Assembly (NCBI GenBank): GCA_047602425.1
Contig: JASGHG010000001.1
Span: 256,001 to 320,000 of the forward strand
Length of the DNA stretch: 64,000 bases
Direction: 5' to 3'
DNA from: Nibricoccus sp.
Lineage (GTDB): Bacteria > Verrucomicrobiota > Verrucomicrobiia > Opitutales > Opitutaceae
The position numbers were made by a program, and so were the translations under genes. Below are positions 10,720 to 20,860 of this stretch, piece after piece; within the stretch, counting starts at the first letter, position 1; each line of letters starts with the position of its first letter. The notes beneath the pieces were generated by a model. That model worked only from the letters and a program-made list of their open reading frames with translations. It was not told where the DNA came from and made no database searches.

Positions 10720-12921
10720 ATGAAATCGAAAGATCCTGGAACTCTCGACCTGTGGGAGCTGATCCATCTCTTCCGAAATTATATCGGAACGATCTTCCTC
10801 TGCCTTCTGCTTTCCTTGGGGGCGGCTTATTTCTATCTGCGGGAAACGCCGCCCGTCTATACTTCGTCCGTCTTGCTGGAAATCGCACCGGACACACGCG
10901 AACAGGAACCAAACTCCAGTATCCCAAATCTCGATACATCCAATGTTCTCAGGACAATAAACCTGAAAATCGCCAGCCAGTCGGTGCTTCTCCGCGTGAT
11001 CAAGGCCAATAATCTTGCGGAGGACCCTGATTTCATCTCTCGGCAGAAAGGAGGTTTTTTTGCGCAGACTTTGCCGGCCTTCCTTCGACGCGTAAAAGTG
11101 GATCGCTACGTCGATCTCGGCACCTGGGGTTTGCCGGAGCCTGAAACCAATCACACCTTTTCGGATCTCGAATTGGTCCACACTTTCACGAAAAAGGTTT
11201 CAGTCGATCTTGTGCGAGGCACGCGTCTGATATCTGTTGCGGTCAAAGATCGGAATCCGGAGCGGGCGCAGCGTCTTGCTCAGTCGCTGATCGACGAATT
11301 TTTCAAGGAGTCGTGGGAGGAACGCAGCGGCAATGTGGAATCCGCCCGCAAGCTTTTGCTCGCCGAAGTCACGCGCGACAGCGAAGCACTGAGGACTTCA
11401 GAGGAAAAGCTCGAAGCCTATCGAAAAAAATACAACGCCGTGTCGCTGGAGGCGCAGCAAAATATTGTCGTCGATCGCCTCCGCGACCTGAACCGCCAGG
11501 TTTCCGAAGCGCAGAATGTAAGTCTGGCCCTCGCGCCAGATGCAGAACGCGCGCGAATGATGTCCAATTCCGATCCTGACCAGTTTCTGAGCATTCGCAG
11601 CATCGCCGAACTTCCGGAAATCGTCGAATTACGCAGGCAGACCGTCCTGCAGGAAGCACAGGTTGCCATGCTTTCAAAGCGGTATGGTCCCAGCCACCCA
11701 ACCATGGTTCAGGCCCAAGGGCAGTTGCAGGAGCTTCGCACCTCCTTGCATGCCAGTCTCCGCAAGGCCAGCGATCGCATGGTACAAAGCTACGAGTCGG
11801 CCAAGGCTACCGAAAAGTCCCTGCGCGACGCGCTTGCCGAACAGGAACAAATCTCCATGGAACTTGGCCGTATCGCCATCCCCTATCATGCGCTGGAGCG
11901 GGAGGTTCAGGCCAATGCATCGATGTATGAAAAAGTCCTGGCCAGTCTGAAACAACTGGATGCCCGGCACAGCCTTCTCACGATCAACGACGTGGATGGA
12001 GTGGATGTCCGTATCGTCGAAAAACCGCTCACGCCGACCAAGCCATCACACCCAAGACCGAAATTGGCGTTCGCGCTGGCCGGAGCGGTCGGCCTGTTTT
12101 TCGGTTGCGGCCTGGCTTTGATGTTTCGCGCGCTGGACAATACCATGTCCTCGATCGACGCCGCGGAATCGTTCCTCGGCCTCAGTGTCCTCACGACCAT
12201 TCCCCGCTCACGGCACCGGCGGCTCACGGCCAAACCAGTCGTTATCGAGCGCCCGGCTTCGGCTGAGGCAGAATCGTTCCGTTCTTTGCGCACCTCGCTC
12301 TCGCTGCTGCCGGGACAGGACGATAAAAAATGTATTCTTTTTACCAGCGCGGTCCCCAATGAAGGGAAAAGTTACTGCTCATTTAATACCGCGGCGGCTT
12401 TTGCCCAGCAGGGCTTCCGGACGCTCCTCATCGATGGAGATTTCAGGCGACCCAGCTTGCAGCAGATGCTTGTCGGCTGGAATGACTACCCCGGCCTGAC
12501 CGACTGTCTGCAGCAGCCCGATCTTTTTCAGTCCGCCGTGGTACAAACCCCCATCGAGAATCTTTTCTGCCTTGGCGACCGGTCCCGTCATCCCCATGGC
12601 GCCGAATGGCTCGGCCGAGTCGGGCTCGATGAGATCCTAAAGCGGGCTGAACCTTATTTTGAGAGAATCGTGATTGATTCCGCTCCTTTGATGGCGGTGA
12701 GCGATACACTCTCTATCGCCAAGAATGCCTCTATCATCTGCCTCGTCGTCCATGCGGGCCACACTCCCCGCCGCCTCGTGCGCCGAGCCGTCAAGATGCT
12801 GGAGGAGGTCGCAAAACGCACCGCGACCGGCGTGATTTTGAATAAAGCGAGCCGTCAGAATTCCGCTGAGCATTATTATTACTATTCCAGTCCGGCAAAG
12901 CATAGCCCCGCCCCAAAATAA
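10720..12921 (+). CDS. wzc: Wzc/GumC-type polysaccharide co-polymerase with tyrosine autokinase domain
   Basis: Two TM helices, coiled periplasmic region with YGPSHP, Walker A SAVPNEGKS, LLIDGD, IVIDSAP, C-terminal YYYY. Confidence 0.9.
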   Translation: MKSKDPGTLDLWELIHLFRNYIGTIFLCLLLSLGAAYFYLRETPPVYTSSVLLEIAPDTREQEPNSSIPNLDTSNVLRTINLKIASQSVLLRVIKANNLAEDPDFISRQKGGFFAQTLPAFLRRVKVDRYVDLGTWGLPEPETNHTFSDLELVHTFTKKVSVDLVRGTRLISVAVKDRNPERAQRLAQSLIDEFFKESWEERSGNVESARKLLLAEVTRDSEALRTSEEKLEAYRKKYNAVSLEAQQNIVVDRLRDLNRQVSEAQNVSLALAPDAERARMMSNSDPDQFLSIRSIAELPEIVELRRQTVLQEAQVAMLSKRYGPSHPTMVQAQGQLQELRTSLHASLRKASDRMVQSYESAKATEKSLRDALAEQEQISMELGRIAIPYHALEREVQANASMYEKVLASLKQLDARHSLLTINDVDGVDVRIVEKPLTPTKPSHPRPKLAFALAGAVGLFFGCGLALMFRALDNTMSSIDAAESFLGLSVLTTIPRSRHRRLTAKPVVIERPASAEAESFRSLRTSLSLLPGQDDKKCILFTSAVPNEGKSYCSFNTAAAFAQQGFRTLLIDGDFRRPSLQQMLVGWNDYPGLTDCLQQPDLFQSAVVQTPIENLFCLGDRSRHPHGAEWLGRVGLDEILKRAEPYFERIVIDSAPLMAVSDTLSIAKNASIICLVVHAGHTPRRLVRRAVKMLEEVAKRTATGVILNKASRQNSAEHYYYYSSPAKHSPAPK

Positions 12922-12944
12922 CATGAAAGGAGAGTATCCATATT

Positions 12945-14411
12945 ATGAACCATGTAACGGCGGCCAAACCGGCCATGTTTTCGACGGAACAGAAGACGCG
13001 GACTCACCACGCCGCGACTGCTGTTTTGCTCGCGGGATTGATGGGAGACACCATTGTCATATTTCTGGCATTGGTCTTTAGCAGTTGGTTGCGCTTCGAG
13101 ACACCACTCGTGCATATTGGGACCGGAACATACGGTCTTCACTGGACAGACTACTTCGATAAATCCGTTTTCGGTGCGCTGCTATTCAGCCTGTTGCTGC
13201 CGCACCGGCAAATGTACGACGTGCATTTGATTTTGAACCTTCGGCGAACGACACCGGTCATCGTCAAAGCCGCTGTGAGTTGGTTTCTGGCCTACATGAC
13301 GTTGTCGTGGCTGCTTCGGTATGACCGCGAAATCAGCCGCGTTTACGTGATCATCGCTTTCGTTGTCACCACGTCGTCGCTGATTCTCTGGCGAAGATTG
13401 TTGTACTCGATCATCAGCAGTGAGGCGATTGCGCAGAGGTTGCGCCAGCGAATTCTGTTCGTCGGCTGGTCGGAACCTGCCTCGGCCATCGTCGGAGCCA
13501 TCAATAGCGACCGTCGACATTTGTATTCTGTCGCCGGATACGTTCCATCCGATCAGAGTCCGTCCACCGGTTATCCCGATCCCACAATCCGGCGGCTCGG
13601 CAGCCTCGCCCACATCGAGCACGTTTTGGAAAATCACGATATCGATATCGTCCTCCTCGCCGATCTCAACCCGACCGCCGACGACACCGTGGCGTTGGCT
13701 AACCTGTGCGAAAAGGAAATGATCGAGTTCAAGGTCATACCGAGTAATTGCTTTGAAATCTTTCTGTCCTGCCTGCGCCTGCAGACCGTCAGCAGCGTGC
13801 CCGTTCTCGGTGTGGCGAGTTTCCCGCTGGACCTGCCTCTGAACGTTCTCAGCAAGCAGGTGATCGATTTCGTCGGCGGCCTGGTGGGCTTTCTCCTCAG
13901 CGCACCCATCATTACGCTTTTCGGCGTGCTCGTTTATCTCGAAAGCCCGGGACCCATCATCTACCGGCAATGCCGGCTGGGGCGTTACGGTCAGCCTTTT
14001 TGGATCTACAAAATCCGCAGCATGAAAATGGATGCGGAGGCCAATGGCGCCGTGGGCTGGACCGTGCAGGACGATCCCCGCCGGTTGCGTGTCGGCGCGT
14101 TCATGCGCCGCTGGAACATCGATGAACTGCCCCAGTTCTGGAATGTCCTCAAGGGCGATATGAGCCTCGTGGGGCCGCGTCCTGAACGTCCCGAACTAAT
14201 AAAAATCTTCAAAGAAGAGATCCCGCACTACAACGCGCGCCACAACATCAAGCCCGGCATCACCGGCTGGGCCCAGGTGAACGGCTTTCGCGGCAACACC
14301 GATCTTGGTGAACGCATCCGTTGCGATCTCTACTATATCGAGAATTGGAGCATGCTGCTCGATTTCCAGATCATGTTCATGACCCTTTGGTCCAGGAAAA
14401 ATGCCTGCTGA
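12945..14411 (+). CDS. undecaprenyl-phosphate sugar phosphotransferase (WcaJ/GumD-like priming glycosyltransferase)
   Basis: N-terminal TMs; YKIRSM, DELPQFWNVLKGDMSLVGPRPE, KPGITGWAQVNG, DLYYIENWS. Confidence 0.93.
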   Translation: MNHVTAAKPAMFSTEQKTRTHHAATAVLLAGLMGDTIVIFLALVFSSWLRFETPLVHIGTGTYGLHWTDYFDKSVFGALLFSLLLPHRQMYDVHLILNLRRTTPVIVKAAVSWFLAYMTLSWLLRYDREISRVYVIIAFVVTTSSLILWRRLLYSIISSEAIAQRLRQRILFVGWSEPASAIVGAINSDRRHLYSVAGYVPSDQSPSTGYPDPTIRRLGSLAHIEHVLENHDIDIVLLADLNPTADDTVALANLCEKEMIEFKVIPSNCFEIFLSCLRLQTVSSVPVLGVASFPLDLPLNVLSKQVIDFVGGLVGFLLSAPIITLFGVLVYLESPGPIIYRQCRLGRYGQPFWIYKIRSMKMDAEANGAVGWTVQDDPRRLRVGAFMRRWNIDELPQFWNVLKGDMSLVGPRPERPELIKIFKEEIPHYNARHNIKPGITGWAQVNGFRGNTDLGERIRCDLYYIENWSMLLDFQIMFMTLWSRKNAC

Positions 14412-14423
14412 CTCGGCTCAAAA

Positions 14424-15602
14424 ATGAAAATCGCCTACGTTTTTCATCGGGATGCAGCCAATCCTTCCGTCCAATCAGGCCGCCCTGCGGCCATACTGGA
14501 CGAGTTTTACCGTGCGGGCGTGGAAATTGAGCCGGTGTTTCCGCTCAACACCCGCCCTGCACCACGGTGGGTGGCCAAAAAAATATTTTGCCGGATGTTT
14601 GGCCGCTACTACCGCTGGGACCGCGAACCGGAGTATCTGGCGTCGTTCGCGCGGGAATTTCATACCCGCACGATTGGAAAAAGCGTGGACCTTATTTTCA
14701 GCCCGGGTTCGGAAGTGGTCTCGCATCTGCAAACGAGGAAGCCGATCACCTTTTGCGCCGACGCGACCTTCGCCAACCTCGTCGATTATTACCGGGACTT
14801 CTCCGATGTAACGACCGAATATTGCCAGCAAGGCCATCGCCAGGAGGAGGCTTCGCTCGCGCGAGCGCACCTCGCCATTTATCCATCCGAATGGGCCGCC
14901 CGTTCGGCGATTGAATATTACGGCGCGGAACCCGGCAAAGTGGCCATCATTCCGTTCGGAGCGAACCTCGGCCGGCAAAACGAACGGTCGCAAGTTTGGC
15001 GGTGGATAGAGGATCGGTCGCAGAAATGCCTTCGCCTGCTCTTTGTCGGCCGCCACTGGCGTCGCAAAGGCGGCGAAATTGTCGTCGCGACCGCAAAGCG
15101 GTTGGTCCAGGCCGGCCATCAAGTGGAACTGGACGTCGTGGGCTGCAAAATCCCGCGCGCATATCGCGGGCTTCCCTGGATCAGGCAACATGGCGTGCTC
15201 TTTTCCAACATCCCCGCCCACGTTCAAAAGCTCGCCCACCTCTTCGCACAGGCGCATTTCGTTTTCGTGCCATCCCGTGCCGAAGCCTACGGCATGACTT
15301 TTGCCGAGGGCAACGCATTCGGCCTCCCCGTGGTCACAACCGCAACCGGCGGCATCCCCACCATCGTGCGCGATGGTTGGAACGGCCTGCTGCTTCCTCC
15401 GTCCGCGACCGCAACCGACTACGCCGACGCGATCGCCGCCACTTTTTCCAAACCCGAATACTACCGCCAAATCTGCCGGCAAGCCTTCGACGAATTTGAA
15501 CAGCGCTTAAACTGGAGAATGTTCTGCCGGAGATACCTCGAACTAGCGGAAGACTGCTGTCGCCGGTTGGAACGGAGCAATATGGCCGAACACCGCTCAT
15601 AA
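14424..15602 (+). CDS. GT4 glycosyltransferase
   Basis: LLFVG..RKG and EAYGMTFAE..GLPVV motifs. Confidence 0.88.
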   Translation: MKIAYVFHRDAANPSVQSGRPAAILDEFYRAGVEIEPVFPLNTRPAPRWVAKKIFCRMFGRYYRWDREPEYLASFAREFHTRTIGKSVDLIFSPGSEVVSHLQTRKPITFCADATFANLVDYYRDFSDVTTEYCQQGHRQEEASLARAHLAIYPSEWAARSAIEYYGAEPGKVAIIPFGANLGRQNERSQVWRWIEDRSQKCLRLLFVGRHWRRKGGEIVVATAKRLVQAGHQVELDVVGCKIPRAYRGLPWIRQHGVLFSNIPAHVQKLAHLFAQAHFVFVPSRAEAYGMTFAEGNAFGLPVVTTATGGIPTIVRDGWNGLLLPPSATATDYADAIAATFSKPEYYRQICRQAFDEFEQRLNWRMFCRRYLELAEDCCRRLERSNMAEHRS

Positions 15603-15611
15603 TTTTTCGCC

Positions 15612-16808
15612 ATGCGAGTCGCCTTTCTCACAAACCAATTTCTAGATCCACGCAAGCCCACCTCGTGGTCAGGACTTCCCTATTTCACGCGGCGTGCGCT
15701 GGAGGATGCAGGGGTCGAAACGCTGTTGATCGACTGCGAGGAAAGCCACCAGCTGGAATATTGGTCGCGCTTTTTTTATTGGAAACTCCTGCGCCGAAAA
15801 CGTTATCTCCGCAATTGCAACAAGGCCCTGTTGCGAGGCTACGGGGAGCAAATTGCACGCAAATTGACTGATGGCCCGCCCGTGGAGGCAGTCTTCAGTT
15901 TAAGCACGTGGCTGCTGGCATATCTCGAAACCGATTTGCCCGTTTTGCTTCACACGGATGGTTGTTTTGGCGCATTGCTGGGCTTCTACGAATCGTTTAG
16001 CAACCTCGCGCCTCCCAGCATAAGGGACGGACATGAGGTCGAGCGGCTCGCGTTGAATCGCTGCACTCGCATTGCGTACTCCAGTCATTGGGCGGCGCGC
16101 GCCGCGCAGGAGTTCTACAAGGTGGATGCTGCAAAGATCGACGTGGTGTTCTATGGCGCCGGCCTGCATGAACCGCCCGATGCCGAAGCCGTCGCTCGTT
16201 CGATTCGTGAACGCGACCTTACGGTTTGTGAACTCCTCCTTGTCGGTGTCGACTGGGTGCGCAAGGGAGCTGAAATCGCGGTTCAGACCGCGGTGGCCCT
16301 TCAGGATCTCGGCTGCGATGTCCGGCTCACCATCGTCGGTTGTGCACCGCCAAAAACCACAACCCTTCCACCCTGTGTCGAGGTAATTCCTTTTATCGAC
16401 AAGGGTACCGCCGAGGGACGCCGCCGCCTCAACGACCTATATATGCGGAGTCATTTCTTTATCCTGCCTTCGCGCGCCGAGGCGTCCGCCGTCGTTTTCT
16501 CGGAGGCAAGCGCCTATGGCCTGCCCAGTCTGGCCGCCGACGTCGGAGGACTCTCTTCCATCATCCTCAATGATGTGAACGGCCGCCTGTTCAGCCTGGC
16601 TGAAGACGGTCGCGCCTACGCAAACTACTTGTTAGAACTAATAGGCAACCCGGCGCGCTATCGGGCCCTCGCGGCCCGCTCGCTGGGTGAATTTCGCACC
16701 CGCCTGTCGTGGAAAGTGTCAGGACAAAAACTGGCTACAATTCTCGGCGAAATGACGGCCCCGCGAACCCGCCCAATGCTGCCGGACAAACTCACCGCGC
16801 GAGCCTAA
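15612..16808 (+). CDS. GT4 glycosyltransferase (paralogue of upstream gene)
   Basis: LLLVGVDWVRKG, PSRAE...SEASAYGLP. Confidence 0.88.
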   Translation: MRVAFLTNQFLDPRKPTSWSGLPYFTRRALEDAGVETLLIDCEESHQLEYWSRFFYWKLLRRKRYLRNCNKALLRGYGEQIARKLTDGPPVEAVFSLSTWLLAYLETDLPVLLHTDGCFGALLGFYESFSNLAPPSIRDGHEVERLALNRCTRIAYSSHWAARAAQEFYKVDAAKIDVVFYGAGLHEPPDAEAVARSIRERDLTVCELLLVGVDWVRKGAEIAVQTAVALQDLGCDVRLTIVGCAPPKTTTLPPCVEVIPFIDKGTAEGRRRLNDLYMRSHFFILPSRAEASAVVFSEASAYGLPSLAADVGGLSSIILNDVNGRLFSLAEDGRAYANYLLELIGNPARYRALAARSLGEFRTRLSWKVSGQKLATILGEMTAPRTRPMLPDKLTARA

Positions 16809-16822
16809 CCAATCCGTTGCCT

Positions 16823-18115
16823 ATGATCACCGCGACGCATAGAGAAAACCCCGCGCCGTCTTCGGACGACACGGAAGCAGATGCGCCATTGGCATCGGGA
16901 AGCGTTTGGAATTCACCAGCGGCGTGGACCTCTTTCGCTGCGGGTTTTCTTACGCTATTCACGGTTTCGGTGGGCGGCGAAATGCCGGTCGGCGAGGTCC
17001 TGCTGGTGGTGACAGCAGGTTGGGTTGTTCTTTGCGCGCTGCTCAATCGCGCCTGGCCCTGCGCACTTTTAAAAAACAAATATCTCTGGGTGATGCTGGC
17101 CGCGCAATTGATCGCGCTTTGCGGCTACATTTTTTCAGATCTGTATCGCCAAAGTTTTCCCCGTGACATGGCGCGCGGTTGGAGCCGCATGATTTTCCTC
17201 GCGATCGACATTGTGGCGATCGCCTATCTTTTCGGCCGGTCCGCGCGGAATTTCACGGTTTTTCTCGTAGGACAATGTGTTGGTTGTGTCTGCAGCGCCA
17301 TCGTCCTCGGTCCCCTCTTTGGCGACATGTGGAAATTTGGCGTCGGCACGCCCGCCACCTTTCTCCTGTTCATGCTCGCGCCGCGCGCCGGTCCTTTGGT
17401 CACGGGGCTGGCGGCGCTTGGACTCGGGGTGGCTCATTTCGTCCTCGGTTTTCGGAGCATGGGCGGACTTTGCCTGCTCACGGGCGTGCTCACGGTTTTG
17501 CAGGGTTCCATTCCGGTAAAATCGCGCATTTGGCTGGCGCCCTTCGCGGCCACCGCCGCGGTGGCAGTCGTGCTGTGGGCCTCAACCCACACTTCCGGAC
17601 GCGAAGAACACGTCACCACTCGTTCAAACGTCGAACGCTCGGCCATGGTGACCGCGGCCATCGAGGCCATAAAGGAATCGCCTCTGATTGGCCATGGCTC
17701 CTGGTTCAGCAACACGGACGTGTACGACAATTTCATGTTGATCCGGCGGGAGTCGGCGCGCGAGGCGAACATCGGCGGGTTTCCTCAGGAGTATGAAGAT
17801 CCGGGCACGACAGCGATCCATTCACAACTCCTCGTCGCCGTCGCCGAAGGCGGGTTGTTTGGCGGCGCCTTCTTTTTCGTTTTCGGCGCGGGATTATTTC
17901 TGAGCGCCTTTAAGCTGGTCTTTTGGACGCGTTGGAACCGGTTCGCTCCGCTTTGCACACTGTTTCTGGCCTCGGCCATTTGGAGTTTGTTTTTCAACCC
18001 GTTTTCCGGAGCGCAACGGGTCTATATTGCGCTGGCGAGCGGATTGCTCCTTTTGCTCCAAACCGATAGTTTTGCTCCACACCTGAATGCGGGAGGCGAA
18101 CATGAAGCTGCTTAG
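16823..18115 (+). CDS. Wzy polymerase / O-antigen ligase family membrane protein
   Basis: Multiple TMs, SPLIGHG loop and HSQLL...EGGLFG motif; start moved to ATG after upstream stop. Confidence 0.78.
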   Translation: MITATHRENPAPSSDDTEADAPLASGSVWNSPAAWTSFAAGFLTLFTVSVGGEMPVGEVLLVVTAGWVVLCALLNRAWPCALLKNKYLWVMLAAQLIALCGYIFSDLYRQSFPRDMARGWSRMIFLAIDIVAIAYLFGRSARNFTVFLVGQCVGCVCSAIVLGPLFGDMWKFGVGTPATFLLFMLAPRAGPLVTGLAALGLGVAHFVLGFRSMGGLCLLTGVLTVLQGSIPVKSRIWLAPFAATAAVAVVLWASTHTSGREEHVTTRSNVERSAMVTAAIEAIKESPLIGHGSWFSNTDVYDNFMLIRRESAREANIGGFPQEYEDPGTTAIHSQLLVAVAEGGLFGGAFFFVFGAGLFLSAFKLVFWTRWNRFAPLCTLFLASAIWSLFFNPFSGAQRVYIALASGLLLLLQTDSFAPHLNAGGEHEAA

Positions 18116-19496
18116 TTCCATCAGGAATCGCTTCGGCCGCCTGTCGAATCGTTCAAAAGCGATCGGCAAGTTTTTCGCCACCTCTTTGGCCGCCCGGGGC
18201 ATTGGCATCTCCTGCCAACTCATGCAAGTGCCCATCGCCATTGGCGCGCTCGGCTCGGAGTCCTTCGGACTTTGGATGACGCTCACGAGTATCGGCACGA
18301 TGATCACTTTCGCCGACTTCGGCTTGGGACAAGGTGCCCAGAACAAGCTTTCCGAAGCCTTCGCGGCCGGCGATGACCGCTTGGCACGCGAATTATTCGG
18401 CGGCGTCATGGTTCTGCTTGCGGGGATAGGTCTGCTTTTAGCGGTTTTAACCTGGTCGTTGGTTCCCAGACTGAACGTCGCGGCCTTGTTCAATCTCGCC
18501 AATCCGATCACGCGCGACCAGGCGCCCTTGGCGGTCGTGCTCACGCTGCTTCTGTTCTGCGCCAATTTCCCCTTCAGCCTTGCACAGCGACTGGCATACG
18601 GACGACAGCTCGGCTGGATGCACAATACCGCGCAAGCGCTCGGCAGCGTCGGCGCCCTCGGAGGCGTATTGCTGGCCACCCATTTTCACCTCGGCCTCGC
18701 GGCGTTCATCCTGGTCGCGCAACTGCCCCTCGTTCTGGCGAATGTCGGATTGCTCGTCCTCCAACTGGCGCAGCTACGCTGGCTTGACTTCCGCATCCTG
18801 CGGTGCCGTTGGACGACCTTGCAGAATTTTTTTGGCCTTGGGGTCTGTTTCGGCATTCAACAGGTGCAGCTCGTCCTGCTGACCGCGCTGCCGCAGGTGA
18901 TTATCTCCGGTGCCCTTGGCGCCGCCGCAGTCACGCCTTACAATCTCGCGCAGCGTCTCTTCAACCTGTTCGCCATCGTTCAGAACGCGCTCATGCTGCC
19001 CCTCTGGCCGGCCTACACGGACGCCAAGGCGCATGGCGATTTCAAATGGATCCGCCGGACACTGACTTTCTCCCTCGGCGCGACTCTCCTGTTGGCAATC
19101 GCTCCCATGGGTGTCGGCGCGTTTTTCGCACGGCCTGTGTTGGAGCTATGGGTGGGCCATGGCGCAACACTTCCTTCCGACGCGCTGCTCTGGCTTCTGT
19201 TTCTTTGGAATGCCCTGGTTTTCCTCCAACAAGCCATCGGCTATATGCTTGCCGGCATGTCGGAGGTTCGTCGGTTGACGATCTACGCTGTGGTGAGCAC
19301 AGCGGCCTGCGCCAGCCTGATGGTTCTGCTGGTACAGCGTTACGGACAGGAAGGCGTCGTCGTTGGAATGATCCTGGGTTTTATGCCTTACCTTCTGTTC
19401 GGCAATATCGCGGAAGCTTTGCGTTTTTTCCGCCAGCATCACGCTGAGCCCGCGGTGGGCTCCATCATCGGGGAAACACCGCCAGCCACCTCGTGA
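18102..19496 (+). CDS. Wzx-type oligosaccharide flippase
   Basis: About 12 TMs, LGSESFGLW, ADFGLG motifs, EPS cluster context. Confidence 0.85.
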   Translation: MKLLSSIRNRFGRLSNRSKAIGKFFATSLAARGIGISCQLMQVPIAIGALGSESFGLWMTLTSIGTMITFADFGLGQGAQNKLSEAFAAGDDRLARELFGGVMVLLAGIGLLLAVLTWSLVPRLNVAALFNLANPITRDQAPLAVVLTLLLFCANFPFSLAQRLAYGRQLGWMHNTAQALGSVGALGGVLLATHFHLGLAAFILVAQLPLVLANVGLLVLQLAQLRWLDFRILRCRWTTLQNFFGLGVCFGIQQVQLVLLTALPQVIISGALGAAAVTPYNLAQRLFNLFAIVQNALMLPLWPAYTDAKAHGDFKWIRRTLTFSLGATLLLAIAPMGVGAFFARPVLELWVGHGATLPSDALLWLLFLWNALVFLQQAIGYMLAGMSEVRRLTIYAVVSTAACASLMVLLVQRYGQEGVVVGMILGFMPYLLFGNIAEALRFFRQHHAEPAVGSIIGETPPATS

Positions 19497-20860
19497 ACAC
19501 CACGCATATGTCACACACGATCGTCAACGACTCCATGAGCGTCTCCCATCAGGAAGCTGCAACCGCGAGTTCGAGTTCGAACTTGAAGGTGATGCAGGTC
19601 TGCACCAGCGCGTTTCGTGGCGGAGCCGGGAAAGCCGCGTATCGTCTCCATCGCGCGTTGCCGGCCGAAGGCGTTTCTTCCCGCATGATGGTGGCGCAGC
19701 GTTTCAGCCGTGATGAAGAGACGCTCGAATACAATCCCATTGCGCCAGCTCCCGCCGCGCTGGGTCGGTTTTTCTTCCGCGCCGTGAGACGGTGGCACCG
19801 CCCTTCCTTTCGCAAAGCCGGCGCCTATTTCACGCTCGATCGGACTCCCATCGGTCTGCGACTTCCCTCGCAATTACCGCCTTGCGACGTGGCGAATCTT
19901 CACTGGGTCGCGGATCTGTTTGACTATGGCACGCTGCCAAAACTAACGCAGCGCGTTCCGTTGGTTTGGACGTTCCACGACATGAACGTCTTCACCGGCG
20001 GCTGCCACTATACGGGGTCTTGCGAACGCTACACAGCGCAATGCGGCAAATGTCCCCAGCTAAAAACGTCCAAAGGCGAAAACGACATGACCCGCCAGGT
20101 CATGAATCGAAAACTGGCGATCATGGAAAAAATCCATCCCGCCCGCGTCACGATTGTATGCCCCAGCCAATGGCTGGCGAACGAGGTGGAGCGCAGCCTC
20201 CTTTGCAAGCGCTTCAACGTGCATGTAATTCCCAACGGGATCGAACTCGAAGATTTCTATCCGGTGGAAAAAACCGAAGCACGCCGCCGTCTCGATCTAC
20301 CCGCAACCGCTAAAATTGTGCTCTTCGTCGCCGAAAATCTTTCCGATCCACGCAAGGGTTTCGCTTCGTTTATCGATACGATTGGAATCGCTCGCGATAT
20401 CCCCGATCTCCTGATCCTCACACTGGGCCGCGGCGTCAATTCGCAGCTCACCGGCCCCGCATTCCGCCACCTCGGCGAGTTGCACGATCTTGAAACCTTG
20501 CGCACCGCGTATAGCGCGGCCGATGTGTTCGCCAATACTTCCCTGCAGGACAATCTTCCCAATACCATTCTCGAATCGATGGCCTGCGGCACGCCTGTGG
20601 CCGGCTTTCAGACCGGCGGAATCGGCGAAGCCGTCAGGGATGGACATACCGGATTGCTCGCGCCCATCGGCAACACCGCCGCCCTTGCGCGCGCGATGCT
20701 GCAAATTCTCACCAATGCCGAGTTGAGACAAATATTCTCCAATGCGTCGCGTCACCGCGTTGAACACGAATATACAACAAAGTTGCAGGCCGCGCGGTAT
20801 GCCAAGCTGTACCAAAAAACCGTCTGGCTAAACCAGTCGCTTAATCCAACTCCGATGTGA
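19493..20860 (+). CDS. GT4 glycosyltransferase (WcaC-like)
   Basis: GGAGKAAYRLH, NLHWV, WTFHDM..FTGGCHY, DNLPNTILESMACGTPV. Confidence 0.9.
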   Translation: MNTTHMSHTIVNDSMSVSHQEAATASSSSNLKVMQVCTSAFRGGAGKAAYRLHRALPAEGVSSRMMVAQRFSRDEETLEYNPIAPAPAALGRFFFRAVRRWHRPSFRKAGAYFTLDRTPIGLRLPSQLPPCDVANLHWVADLFDYGTLPKLTQRVPLVWTFHDMNVFTGGCHYTGSCERYTAQCGKCPQLKTSKGENDMTRQVMNRKLAIMEKIHPARVTIVCPSQWLANEVERSLLCKRFNVHVIPNGIELEDFYPVEKTEARRRLDLPATAKIVLFVAENLSDPRKGFASFIDTIGIARDIPDLLILTLGRGVNSQLTGPAFRHLGELHDLETLRTAYSAADVFANTSLQDNLPNTILESMACGTPVAGFQTGGIGEAVRDGHTGLLAPIGNTAALARAMLQILTNAELRQIFSNASRHRVEHEYTTKLQAARYAKLYQKTVWLNQSLNPTPM